The notes: generated by a model from the sequence alone, not told the origin. Positions 17,012 through 26,509 are shown, counted from the stretch's first letter. The stretch: 48,271 nucleotides of DNA from Bryobacteraceae bacterium (GCA_035319685.1 DATHCE010000220.1:1-48271); one strand, 5' to 3'. Numbers and translations: made by a program.

Positions 17012-19380
17012 GACGGCCATTTCCAGTCGCGGATTTCGGGCAGGTCGTCGCCATGCTCGGCGATGTACAGCTTGTGCTCGATCAGCTTATCGCGCAGCAG
17101 TTGCTTGAAATGTGCGCCGATGGGCTGCAAGCGCGGAACGCGGTCGATCACGTCGATGGCAAGATGGAAGCGATCGAGATCGTTGCGCACGGTCATATCG
17201 AACGGAGTGGTGGTCGTTCCTTCTTCCTTGTATCCGCGGACGTGCAGATTGTCGTGATTGGTGCGGCGATAGGTGAGCCGGTGAATCAGCCACGGGTAGC
17301 CGTGGAACGCGAACACGATCGGCTTGTTGGTGGTGAAAATCGAATCGAAATCATGATCGGCGAGGCCGTGCGGATGCTCGCTCGGCGGCTGAAGCGTCAT
17401 CAGATCGACGACGTTGACCGCTCGAATCCGGATGCCCGGCACATGCCGGCGCAGCAGATCGATTGCGCCCAGCGTTTCGAGCGTCGGAATGTCGCCGCAG
17501 CACGCCATAACGACGTCCGGCTCGCCCGCGTCATCGTTGCTCGCCCACTCCCAGATGCCGATTCCGGCGGTGCAGTGCTTGATCGCCGAATCCATGTCGA
17601 GATATTGCAGCGCGGGCTGCTTTCCCGCGACGATCACGTTCACATAATTGCGGCTGCGCAGGCAGTGGTCCGCGACCGAGAGCAGAGAGTTCGCATCCGG
17701 CGGCAGATAGACGCGCACGATCCCGGCTTTCTTGTTGACCACGATGTCGAGAAATCCCGGGTCCTGGTGGCTGAATCCGTTGTGATCCTGCCGCCACACG
17801 TGCGAGCTGAGCAGATAATTGAGCGACGCGATGGGCCTGCGCCAACCCACCGTAAGCGATTCCTTCAACCACTTGGCGTGTTGATTGAACATCGAATCGA
17901 CGATGTGAATAAAGGCCTCATAGCAGTTGAACAGGCCGTGCCGTCCGGTCAGCAGATAGCCTTCGAGCCAACCTTCGCAAAGATGTTCGCTCAACACTTC
18001 CATGACGCGGCCGTCGGGCGAGAGATGATCGTCGCCGGGAATGATCTGCGCCATCCAGTCGCGATCGGTCGCCTCGAACAGCGCGTTCAGCCGATTCGAG
18101 TTGGTCTCGTCCGGTCCCATCACGCGGAAATTTCGCGATTCCAGGTTCTCTTTCATGACGTCGCGCAGAAACTCGCCGAGCACGCGCGTGGCTTCGCCCA
18201 CGGTGGTTCCAGGCTTCGCCACGCCGACCGCGTATTTGCGGAAATCCGGCAGATGAAGGTCCTTGAGCAGCAGGCCGCCGTTGGCGTGCGGATTCGCGCC
18301 CATGCGCCGTGCGCCCTTGGGAGCCAGCTCGCGCAACTCCGGAATCAGGCTCCCGCCATCGTCAAACAATTCGTCGGCGCGATAGCTTTTCATCCATTCT
18401 TCGAGCAGTCTCAGGTGCTCCGGATTCGTGCGAACCTGATCGAGCGGAACCTGGTGAGCGCGCCATGTGCCTTCCACTGGTACGCCGTCGACGGTCTTCG
18501 GGCCGGTCCATCCCTTCGGCGAGACGAGCGCGATCATGGGCCAATGGGGCCGTTTCTCAACGCCGTGTTCGCGCGCGTCCTTTTGAATCGCGCGAATTTC
18601 GTTGACGACGTTTTCAAGCGTCTCTGCCATCGCCTGATGCATCGGCGCCGGGTCGCGGCCTTCGACGAAATGCGGCTCGTAGCCGACGCCGCGCAGAAAA
18701 TCGATCAATTCGTCCCGCCCGATCCGCGCGAGAATGGTGGGATTCGCGATCTTGTAGCCGTTTAGATGCAGAATCGGAATCACGGCGCCGTCGTGAACCG
18801 GATTGAGAAATTTGTTGGAATGCCAGCTCGCCGCCAACGGTCCGGTTTCGGCTTCGCCATCGCCGATCACGCAAATCGCCAGCAGATCGGGGTTGTCGAA
18901 CACCGCGCCGTGCGCGTGCAGCAGCGAATAACCGAGTTCGCCGCCTTCATGAATCGAGCCCGGAGTTTGCGCCGCCGCGTGGCTCGGGATGCCGCCGGGG
19001 AAGGAAAACTGCTTGAACAGGCGCTTCATCCCCTCGGCGTCTTCGGTGATGTTCGGGAACAGCTCGGAATACGAACCTTCCAGATACGTGTTGGCGACCA
19101 TCCCCGGGCCGCCGTGCCCCGGTCCGCAGATGTAAATCATGTCGAGGTCGTATTTCTTGATCAGCCGGTTCGCATGCGCGTAGATAAAATTCAAACCCGG
19201 CGTCGTTCCCCAATGGCCCAGCAAACGCGGCTTGATATCGTCGACCCGCAGCGGCCGTATCAGCAGAGGATTGTCATAAAGGTAAATCTGCCCGACCGAG
19301 AGATAATTCGCGGCGCGCCAATACGCGTCGATTTTACGAAGTTCGTCGTCAGCAAGTGGCACAGTCCCTTGGTACCACAC
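17008..19380 (-). CDS. xfp: xylulose-5-phosphate/fructose-6-phosphate phosphoketolase
   Basis: 790 aa. N-terminus ..[18 protein letters not shown].., [10 protein letters not shown] and GPGHGGP. The overall length and motifs match the XFP family. GTG start at 19380. Confidence 0.95.
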   Translation of the reverse strand: MWYQGTVPLADDELRKIDAYWRAANYLSVGQIYLYDNPLLIRPLRVDDIKPRLLGHWGTTPGLNFIYAHANRLIKKYDLDMIYICGPGHGGPGMVANTYLEGSYSELFPNITEDAEGMKRLFKQFSFPGGIPSHAAAQTPGSIHEGGELGYSLLHAHGAVFDNPDLLAICVIGDGEAETGPLAASWHSNKFLNPVHDGAVIPILHLNGYKIANPTILARIGRDELIDFLRGVGYEPHFVEGRDPAPMHQAMAETLENVVNEIRAIQKDAREHGVEKRPHWPMIALVSPKGWTGPKTVDGVPVEGTWRAHQVPLDQVRTNPEHLRLLEEWMKSYRADELFDDGGSLIPELRELAPKGARRMGANPHANGGLLLKDLHLPDFRKYAVGVAKPGTTVGEATRVLGEFLRDVMKENLESRNFRVMGPDETNSNRLNALFEATDRDWMAQIIPGDDHLSPDGRVMEVLSEHLCEGWLEGYLLTGRHGLFNCYEAFIHIVDSMFNQHAKWLKESLTVGWRRPIASLNYLLSSHVWRQDHNGFSHQDPGFLDIVVNKKAGIVRVYLPPDANSLLSVADHCLRSRNYVNVIVAGKQPALQYLDMDSAIKHCTAGIGIWEWASNDDAGEPDVVMACCGDIPTLETLGAIDLLRRHVPGIRIRAVNVVDLMTLQPPSEHPHGLADHDFDSIFTTNKPIVFAFHGYPWLIHRLTYRRTNHDNLHVRGYKEEGTTTTPFDMTVRNDLDRFHLAIDVIDRVPRLQPIGAHFKQLLRDKLIEHKLYIAEHGDDLPEIRDWKWPS

Positions 19381-19418
19381 TCGTATGGCAGCGAGATTAA
19401 CCGATGCATACTAGAGAA

Positions 19419-19874
19419 ATGCGCATCGTGCTCGGTTCTGATCATGCCGGATTCGAAATGAAGCAGGATCTGGTTTCCTTCGTCCGGAAACTGGGTCATG
19501 AGGTTTTGGATGTGGGCACGGACAGCACCGCGCCGGTGGACTACCCGGATTACGCCGAAGCGGTGGGCCAGGCGATGCGGTCGCAGCAAGCCGAGCGCGG
19601 CATTCTGATCTGCGGCAGCGGCGTCGGCGCGTCCATCGCCGCGAACAAGCTCCCCGGAGTGCGCGCCGGGTTGTGCCACGACTGCTACTCGGCGCATCAA
19701 GGCGTGGAGCACGACGCGATGAATGTTCTGGTGCTGGGATCGCGCATTATCGCCGCGGAACTGGCGCACGATCTGGTGCAGCGTTTTCTGAGCGCGCAAT
19801 TCACGCACGAAGAGCGACATGTCCGGCGTCTCGCCAAAGTCGACAAACTGGAACAGCGCTTCCAGTGCAAGTAG
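19419..19874 (+). CDS. rpiB: ribose-5-phosphate isomerase B (RpiB/LacA/LacB family)
   Basis: [15 protein letters not shown].., [16 protein letters not shown] and NVLVLGSR. Divergent from xfp. Confidence 0.9.
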   Translation: MRIVLGSDHAGFEMKQDLVSFVRKLGHEVLDVGTDSTAPVDYPDYAEAVGQAMRSQQAERGILICGSGVGASIAANKLPGVRAGLCHDCYSAHQGVEHDAMNVLVLGSRIIAAELAHDLVQRFLSAQFTHEERHVRRLAKVDKLEQRFQCK

Positions 19875-20126
19875 CGACGCAAAGTAGCGACGCTGCGCGG
19901 TTTCGCGCAAAGCCATCTCCCGTGGCCCCCGGGGAAATTTCTCTCTGTAACGCACACAAAAGATGACCTTTAGGATACCCACGCCCTTGCGCTCCAGCCC
20001 GGGGTTGGAACAGGAGCTTCCAGTCAAAACGGCCGAGCTCGCTGCTGGGTTATAACACCCAGGGCCTGTGATTTGGCGCATAGTTTTTCCCTTATCCTAG
20101 GGGAATTTCTTTTCTTAACACATACA

Positions 20127-20139
20127 AAACGTTACGTTT
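20127..20139 (+). promoter_or_regulatory. palindrome AAACGT-T-ACGTTT upstream of the mtrC-like gene
   Basis: Perfect 6+1+6 inverted repeat in an AT-rich stretch, about 60 nt upstream of ATG 20200. It matches no regulator consensus that I recognise. Confidence 0.25.
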
Positions 20140-20199
20140 GGGTGACGCGCGCCTTTGGATTGCAGCGTGCGCTGGGGGTCCCGGGGAGTTGACTCTAAC

Positions 20200-22332
20200 A
20201 TGCGGATCCCATTTTTACATTCGGCAGGACTTCGGCGTTTTGCGATGCTCAGTGTGGTCGCGGGCGCCGCCATCTTGAGCAGTGCGCCTCGTGCGACGTT
20301 TCCCAAAACAGACAAGGCGCATTATAAGGACCAAGCGACGCTTGATTTCGTGCTTCCAGGCTTAGTGGTCACCATTAATTCTGCTTCTATTGCCAGTAAC
20401 GGTACCATCCAAACTAACTTCACACTCACAGACCCTTCAGGACTCGTGCTGGATCGGCTAGGGGTCAATACACCCGGAGCGGTTTCCGTCAGCTTTGTGA
20501 TTGGCGCGATTCCACAAGGCGCGGCGAAGGTTGGTTCCGGCCAATACATCAGCTATATCACCCATCAGGTGACGGCAACCGCCGGAGCGGCTTGCCCCGC
20601 CTCGATTTGCGTGGGAGGTACTGCTACGCAGCCGACCAGCGATTCCGGCGGAACCTATGTGGCGAACGCCGATGGCAGCTACACGTACACCTTCGGCAAT
20701 AAGGCACCGACGGGATTCGATCCGACGATCACAACGACCATCGGCATTTATGCGTCCCGCAACCTTTCCGCCTTTGGTCTGGCGACCTATTATGGAGATG
20801 CCCTCTTCAACTTCGTGCCGAACGGATCCAAGGTGACCGTGGTGCGCGATGTGGTGGACACCACCGCCTGCAATCAGTGCCACGATCCTCTGGCCCTGCA
20901 CGGCGGATCGCGCCAGCTCACCGGGCTGTGCATCATCTGTCACCAGCCGCAGAATACGGACCCGAATACCGGCAACCTGCTGGACTTTAAGGTCATGATC
21001 CACAAGCTCCACGACGGAGCGTATCTGCCCAGTGTAGTGGCCGGCGGGAAGTATGAGATTATCGGCTACATGAATTCGATCAGCGATTTTTCGACGATCG
21101 TTTTCCCGGACGATGTTACCAACCAGACCACGACTCCGAACGGCGTCCGCGATTGCGCCAAGTGCCACACTTCGGCCGCTTCGCAGTCCGGGCAGTACAT
21201 GACGAACCCCACGCGCGTGGCGTGCGGCTCCTGTCACGACGACGTAAATTTCGCCACCGGCGTGAATCACCCGGGCGGCCCGCAGTTTGACGACAACGAG
21301 TGCTCCACCTGCCACATTCCGAAAGGCGAGATGGAGTTCGACGCGTCGATCGCGGGCGCGCACACCATTCCGACGCTTTCGACACAGTTGCCCGGCACGA
21401 CGTTCGCGCTGCAGAAGGTGACCAATGGCGTGGCGGGTAAATCGCCGACGGTGACCTTCCTGTTGACCAACAAAGCCGGTGCCGCGATACCCCCGAGCTC
21501 AATGGCCAGCCTGTCGCTGGTGATCACAGGCCCGACGACGGACTATCCTTCGTCCACAAGCGAAAGCGCAACCGGCGCGACCTGCTCAGCGTCCGGCGTC
21601 TGCACGTACACGTTCAAGTACGTGATCCCGTCGACGGCGACCGGCACGTACACCATCGGTATCGAGGGCTACGCGAACATCACTCTCGATGCGGGCACGA
21701 CCATCGCGCAAACGGTTCGCGATGACGGCCTGAACCAGGTCATCAATTTCTCGGTGGATGGTTCGCCGGTGACGCCGCGGCGCACCGTGGTCGAGCTGGC
21801 AAATTGCAACGTGTGCCACAACAATCTGGCGCTGCATGGCGGCCTTCGCAACAACGTGACCTACTGCCCGGTGTGCCACAATCCGAACGGGACCGACTCC
21901 TCGGAGCGGCCGGTAACGGCGGGACCGGCGCAGGGAATCAACTTCGCGCTGCTGGTCCATAAGATCCACACCGGAACCAATCTGACCCAGAACTTTACCG
22001 TATATGGGTACATGGGCTCGGTCAACAATTTCAACGGCGTCCTGTTCCCCGGCAACCTGGCGAATTGCGACAAGTGCCATGCGACCGGCTCGAACGAGCT
22101 GCCGATCGCCGCTGTGTTGCCGGTAGTGAATCCGCAGGGATTCATCAGTCCGGCCGGACCGACCACGTCGGCATGCACGGCGTGTCATGATCCGGAGGCG
22201 ACTTCTTCTCACGCTCTGGCCAACACCACAATTCTCGGCGAATCGTGCGTGGTTTGCCATGGGCCGGACGCGCAGTTCTCAGTAGATTCGGTGCATACGA
22301 TCGAGATTCCGGCAGCCAGTCCGAACCAGTAA
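20200..22332 (+). CDS. mtrC: outer decaheme c-type cytochrome, MtrC/OmcA-like
   Basis: Ten CXXCH motifs fall in two blocks of five. Block one is CNQCH, CIICH, CAKCH, CGSCH, CSTCH. Block two is CNVCH, CPVCH, CDKCH, CTACH, CVVCH. Each block is preceded by a heme-free ~200-aa segment. A signal peptide is present, but there is no lipobox Cys. Confidence 0.8.
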   Translation: MRIPFLHSAGLRRFAMLSVVAGAAILSSAPRATFPKTDKAHYKDQATLDFVLPGLVVTINSASIASNGTIQTNFTLTDPSGLVLDRLGVNTPGAVSVSFVIGAIPQGAAKVGSGQYISYITHQVTATAGAACPASICVGGTATQPTSDSGGTYVANADGSYTYTFGNKAPTGFDPTITTTIGIYASRNLSAFGLATYYGDALFNFVPNGSKVTVVRDVVDTTACNQCHDPLALHGGSRQLTGLCIICHQPQNTDPNTGNLLDFKVMIHKLHDGAYLPSVVAGGKYEIIGYMNSISDFSTIVFPDDVTNQTTTPNGVRDCAKCHTSAASQSGQYMTNPTRVACGSCHDDVNFATGVNHPGGPQFDDNECSTCHIPKGEMEFDASIAGAHTIPTLSTQLPGTTFALQKVTNGVAGKSPTVTFLLTNKAGAAIPPSSMASLSLVITGPTTDYPSSTSESATGATCSASGVCTYTFKYVIPSTATGTYTIGIEGYANITLDAGTTIAQTVRDDGLNQVINFSVDGSPVTPRRTVVELANCNVCHNNLALHGGLRNNVTYCPVCHNPNGTDSSERPVTAGPAQGINFALLVHKIHTGTNLTQNFTVYGYMGSVNNFNGVLFPGNLANCDKCHATGSNELPIAAVLPVVNPQGFISPAGPTTSACTACHDPEATSSHALANTTILGESCVVCHGPDAQFSVDSVHTIEIPAASPNQ

Positions 22333-22361
22333 TGGCGAGTGACCGACCACGGAGGAAAACA

Positions 22362-23318
22362 ATGGAACGGCCGCTATGTTCGTTCACGATCCGATACGGC
22401 GTAGCGGCCGTATTTTTCGCCCTGCGGCTCGCGGGACAAGCGCCGGCAACCGAGCCGGCCAAGCAGGAAGCCGCGAAAGCCGAAACGAGACCCCCGGCGA
22501 CCTACGCAGGAACAGAAGCCTGTCTGGTGTGCCACGAAGAGGTGGGCGGGAAGTTCGCAACCAATCCGCACCACGTTCTTGAAACGCAGAAGGGCGGACC
22601 CTGGGCGGGAAAAACCTGTGAGGCGTGCCATGGGCCGGGCAGCCGGCACGCAGAGTCGGTTGATCCCAAGGATATTCGCGATCCCGTGAGGCTTGCGTCC
22701 GCGGAATCCGAGCGCGTTTGTCTCACATGTCATCTCAATACCCGCGTGCATGGAGGGCATATCGAGAGCAGCCACACCAAGAATCAGGTAGTGTGCGTGA
22801 GCTGCCACACGATGCACGAGACGCCGGAACAACTGGTGCCGCGAACGGCCGACGGGATCAACGCCAAGTGCGCGGGCTGTCACGTGTCGGTGTGGGCCAG
22901 TTTTCAAAGGCCGTATCGTCATAAGCTGCCCGAAGGCGCGATGAGCTGCGTCGACTGTCACGACCCGCACGGGCGTCCCGTGACCACGCAGGCCCGCTCG
23001 GTGATCGGCAATCAGGCCGGTTGCTATGAGTGCCATGGCGATAAGCGCGGACCGTTCATCTTCGAGCACGAACCGCTGCGCACCGACGGGTGCACGGCGT
23101 GCCACATGCCGCATGGATCGGCAAATCCGCGAATGCTGACGCGCGCGAACATCGAGACGGTGTGTCTTGAATGTCACGCCAACATCAGCAGCCCGAAACC
23201 GGCGCTGGGTGGAGTGCCTCCGGCGTTTCACGATCTGCGCAGTCCGGTGTATCAGAACTGCTCGGTGTGCCACGTGAAGGTCCACGGATCGAACGTAGAC
23301 AGGACGTTTCTACGATGA
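22362..23318 (+). CDS. mtrA: periplasmic decaheme c-type cytochrome, MtrA/DmsE family-like
   Basis: 318 aa with a signal peptide and ten CXXCH motifs (CLVCH, CEACH, CLTCH, CVSCH, CAGCH, CVDCH, CYECH, CTACH, CLECH, CSVCH). GGAGGA lies 5 nt upstream of ATG 22362. The alternative ATG 22332 overlaps the mtrC-like stop (TAATG). Confidence 0.85.
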   Translation: MERPLCSFTIRYGVAAVFFALRLAGQAPATEPAKQEAAKAETRPPATYAGTEACLVCHEEVGGKFATNPHHVLETQKGGPWAGKTCEACHGPGSRHAESVDPKDIRDPVRLASAESERVCLTCHLNTRVHGGHIESSHTKNQVVCVSCHTMHETPEQLVPRTADGINAKCAGCHVSVWASFQRPYRHKLPEGAMSCVDCHDPHGRPVTTQARSVIGNQAGCYECHGDKRGPFIFEHEPLRTDGCTACHMPHGSANPRMLTRANIETVCLECHANISSPKPALGGVPPAFHDLRSPVYQNCSVCHVKVHGSNVDRTFLR

Positions 23319-25399
23319 GACGCCTCACATTTTTAGCGCTCTGTTTGAGCCTCGCGGGATGGGCGGCTGACGATCTGCAGCAGACCGCGGCATCGGCGGA
23401 TCCATCGGCGAATCAGGCCGCTTCATCCACTGCGCCTCCGGCCCAGGCGCCCGCGCAAAGCACAACTCAGGCTGCGCCTCCCGCGCAAGCTCCGCCGCAA
23501 AGTCCAACCCAGGCCGCGCCTCCGCCCCCGCAAGCGCCCGCGGGATCCGAATCGATCACCGGCAGCATCGACCTGGGTTATCGATTCGTGACCGGTATCG
23601 GCGGCAGCAATCTGGCGTATCGCAGCATTGTCGATCTCGGCGAGGGTCCGCGATTGCTGGGTTTGAACGCGACCATCCAGGATCCCACCAAGCGCTTCTT
23701 CGACCGGCTGACTGTCAGCGGAATCGGCTGGGGCGGCGACCCCTATACCACGGCGCACGTGGATGCGTCCAAGCAGCGCTGGTACCGTTTCACGTTCGAT
23801 TACCGCAGCATCGCGTATTTCGACGCGCTGCCGTCCTTCGCGAATCCCTTCGCGGGAAACGGAATCCTGCTCGATCAACAATCCTTCGACATCCGGAAAC
23901 GAATGGCGAATTTCGCGCTGGAGCTGCGGCCCGCGTCGCACGTGATTCCCTATCTTCAGTACTCGCGGGATTCCGATCACGGAACCGGCGTCACCGATTT
24001 TGTTTCGAGCGAGATCGCGACGTTTCCGGTCGCGAATCTCACTAGCGAGCACACCGACAATTATCGCGGCGGCGTCCGCTTCGAGTTTCCGAAGTTCCAC
24101 GCGACGCTCGAAGAGGGCGCGACGGTCTTCCAGGACAACGAACAGGTTACCTATAGCGGCCAGAACCCCGGAAACTTTCCCGCGCCGTTCTTCGGCGAGA
24201 CGCTCGATTTGACCAAACTGCTGGAAGCCTACGGGATTCGGGGGACCAATCCTTACTCGCGCGTGATGCTGACGGCGACGCCCTGGAGCTGGCTCGATCT
24301 GTACGGCCAATTTTCCTACAGCATGGGCCAGACCAACGTGAATTACACGCAGGCGAACAACGGCGAGTTCGTCGATCTGAGCTCGCTGCTGTTCTATATG
24401 AGCGAACAGGATCTTTTGACGGGTGCGGCGAAGCAGCCGCATACTTCGGGCACGGTCGGACTCGAGATGCGCCCGCTCAAACACATCCGGCTGGTCGAGA
24501 GCTGGACCACGGATCGCCTGCACACAGCATCATCCTCCGACCTGGCGCAGGCGCTTGTGGCGGCTTCGGGCGCCATCACGGAGCCGCCCTCGCTTTCCAC
24601 ATTCCGGCTGGTGGACAACTACAGCCAGCAGTCCTTCGACATTTTCTACGACGTGACGTCGAAGCTCACGCTCCACGGCGGTGAGCGCTACACCTACGGC
24701 GACACCACGGTGCCTCCGTTTTATGGAACGGGGTTTGAAACGGGCTCGCTCAGCCGGCAAGCCGGCGTGGCCGGCGCGAACCTGCATCTGAACCAGAAAA
24801 TCAGCGCGAATTTCGATTTTGAAGGCGGCAATTCGAATTCGGTGTATTATCTAACCAGCCTTCAGGATTACCGGAAATATCGCGCGCGGGTGCGCTATCA
24901 GCCCATCCAATCGCTCTCGATCACCTGGAACCTGAATTTCCTCAACAACGATAATCCGATTCCGGGCGTGAATTACCGTTTCTCGAGCAAAGACGACGGA
25001 GTCTCGCTGCTGTGGACCGCCGGCAAGCGCTTCAGCATTCTGGGAGACTACGCGCGGACGACCATCTACTCGGATATTCTGTACGTCGCTCCGCCGCTCA
25101 ACACCAGCACCCAATCGATTTATTGGGAGGACGCGCATCAAGCCAGCGCGCTGCTGGATTTCAATCTGCTGCAGATCGGCAAGCGGACGCTGCACCTTTC
25201 GGCCGGGGGTTCGCTGTTTACAGGACACGGAACCCGTCCGACGCGTTTTTATCAACCGATGGCGAAGCTGGTTTTCCCACTCGCCAATCATATCGACTGG
25301 ACGACGCAGTGGAGCTGGTACGGATTCAATGAGCCGATCTACCAGTTCGAAGGCTTTCGAACCACGGTCGTCACCACCGGCCTGCGCTTTACGCGATAG
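23315..25399 (+). CDS. mtrB: decaheme-associated outer-membrane beta-barrel, MtrB/PioB family-like
   Basis: 694 aa with signal peptide MRRLTFLALCLSLAGWA and no heme motif. It shows abundant alternating aromatic beta-strand patterns (YRFTFDYRSIAYF, YRGGVRFEF, RARVRYQP..). ATGA overlap with the mtrA-like stop. Size and position match MtrB. Confidence 0.7.
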   Translation: MRRLTFLALCLSLAGWAADDLQQTAASADPSANQAASSTAPPAQAPAQSTTQAAPPAQAPPQSPTQAAPPPPQAPAGSESITGSIDLGYRFVTGIGGSNLAYRSIVDLGEGPRLLGLNATIQDPTKRFFDRLTVSGIGWGGDPYTTAHVDASKQRWYRFTFDYRSIAYFDALPSFANPFAGNGILLDQQSFDIRKRMANFALELRPASHVIPYLQYSRDSDHGTGVTDFVSSEIATFPVANLTSEHTDNYRGGVRFEFPKFHATLEEGATVFQDNEQVTYSGQNPGNFPAPFFGETLDLTKLLEAYGIRGTNPYSRVMLTATPWSWLDLYGQFSYSMGQTNVNYTQANNGEFVDLSSLLFYMSEQDLLTGAAKQPHTSGTVGLEMRPLKHIRLVESWTTDRLHTASSSDLAQALVAASGAITEPPSLSTFRLVDNYSQQSFDIFYDVTSKLTLHGGERYTYGDTTVPPFYGTGFETGSLSRQAGVAGANLHLNQKISANFDFEGGNSNSVYYLTSLQDYRKYRARVRYQPIQSLSITWNLNFLNNDNPIPGVNYRFSSKDDGVSLLWTAGKRFSILGDYARTTIYSDILYVAPPLNTSTQSIYWEDAHQASALLDFNLLQIGKRTLHLSAGGSLFTGHGTRPTRFYQPMAKLVFPLANHIDWTTQWSWYGFNEPIYQFEGFRTTVVTTGLRFTR
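23432..23545 (+). repeat. in-frame ~42-bp repeats encoding a Pro/Ala/Gln-rich linker at the mtrB-like N-terminus
   Basis: APPAQAPAQSTTQA / APPAQAPPQSPTQA / APPPPQAPAGS, directly after the signal peptide. Confidence 0.7.
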
Positions 25400-25408
25400 C
25401 CCAACTAT

Positions 25409-26437
25409 ATGAACTTCGAAAACAGCCCTCTATTGGTGATTTGGGAAGTAACTCAAGCCTGCGATCAGCGGTGCGCCAACTGCCGGTCGACGGTCCATTC
25501 CGAGCGCGACCCGCTCGAACTGACGACGGAGGAAGGATTCCACCTGCTCGAGCAGGTGCGCTCCTTCGGCAACCCGCTCATGGTTTTTACGGGCGGAGAT
25601 TTGCTGAAGCGTCCCGACATTTATGAACTGATCGGGAAGAGCGTGGGCGTCGGCTTGCGCACTAACGTGACGCCCAGCGCCACCCAAAGGATGACCGACA
25701 GTGCGATCGACCGGTTCCAGGAGTGCGGCGTCTCCCGGATGGCCATCGGCCTGGACGGGCCGGACGCGGAAACGCACGACGGAATCCGCGAATGGCCCGG
25801 AGGCTATGATCGCGCCATGGCTGCGCTCCGGCGCGCGCAGAGGATCGGCCTGGAGACCCAGGTCCAGACCGTCGTCACCCAGCGCAATCGCCAGATGCTT
25901 CCCCAAATCGCGGAGCGCGTGTTCGAGGTCGGGGCGAAGCTGTGGAGCGCCTTTTTTTCGGTCTCGGGCGGCCATGACGAGGATCTCACCGGGGAGGAGT
26001 ACGAGAGGGTCTTCGAGACCCTGTTCGCTTTGTCGCGCCTGGCGCCCTTCGATATCCGCACCACCGAAGGCACGCATTACCGGCGCTACGTCGCCCAGCG
26101 CCTGAAAGCCGAACACATGCGGCGCGCGCACTGGCGGACCGCGCCGGTCGGCGACGGCAAGGGATTCGTGTTCGTCTCTCATACCGGCGAGATTTTCCCG
26201 AGCGGTTTTTTGCCCGTTTCCGGCGGCAACGTGCGCGAGCAGTCCATTGTCGAGGTGTATCGCAACCACGAGCTGTTCAAGCTGCTTCGGGATCCGCACA
26301 GGCACGAAGGCAAGTGCGGGCGGTGCGAATATCACCGCATCTGCGGAGGCTCGCGAGCGCGGGCTTACGCGCTCACCGGGAATTACCTGGCGGAAGATCC
26401 GCGCTGCATTTATCAGCCTGTGGCGAAAACCTCCTGA
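25409..26437 (+). CDS. radical SAM/SPASM domain protein (TIGR04053-like, function unknown)
   Basis: The CX3CX2C motif lies in VIWEVTQACDQRCANCRS, followed by FTGGDLLKRPD. The C-terminal Cys-rich segment GKCGRCEYHRICGGSRARAY..DPRCIY is SPASM-like. The gene starts 9 nt after the mtrB-like stop. Confidence 0.85.
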   Translation: MNFENSPLLVIWEVTQACDQRCANCRSTVHSERDPLELTTEEGFHLLEQVRSFGNPLMVFTGGDLLKRPDIYELIGKSVGVGLRTNVTPSATQRMTDSAIDRFQECGVSRMAIGLDGPDAETHDGIREWPGGYDRAMAALRRAQRIGLETQVQTVVTQRNRQMLPQIAERVFEVGAKLWSAFFSVSGGHDEDLTGEEYERVFETLFALSRLAPFDIRTTEGTHYRRYVAQRLKAEHMRRAHWRTAPVGDGKGFVFVSHTGEIFPSGFLPVSGGNVREQSIVEVYRNHELFKLLRDPHRHEGKCGRCEYHRICGGSRARAYALTGNYLAEDPRCIYQPVAKTS

Positions 26438-26509
26438 GCCGGAAATGAGGGGTTAAAGGGCGAGCTTTCACACAGACTCTGGACCGGCCGGCATCGCCGT
26501 CGCGTCCTC

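Noticed and set aside
14729-17257. Very long antisense ORFs: 842 aa at 14729..17257 (+), 570 aa at 17053..18765 (+), 592 aa at 39191..40969 (+), 585 aa at 26594..28351 (+), 529 aa at 28321..29910 (-), 366 aa at 23423..24523 (-), and the upstream part of 327..2354 (-).
   Set aside because: They lie opposite well-supported genes. They are Arg/Gly/His-rich with no recognisable motifs. Such ORFs are the expected stop-codon-poor shadow frames of a high-GC genome.
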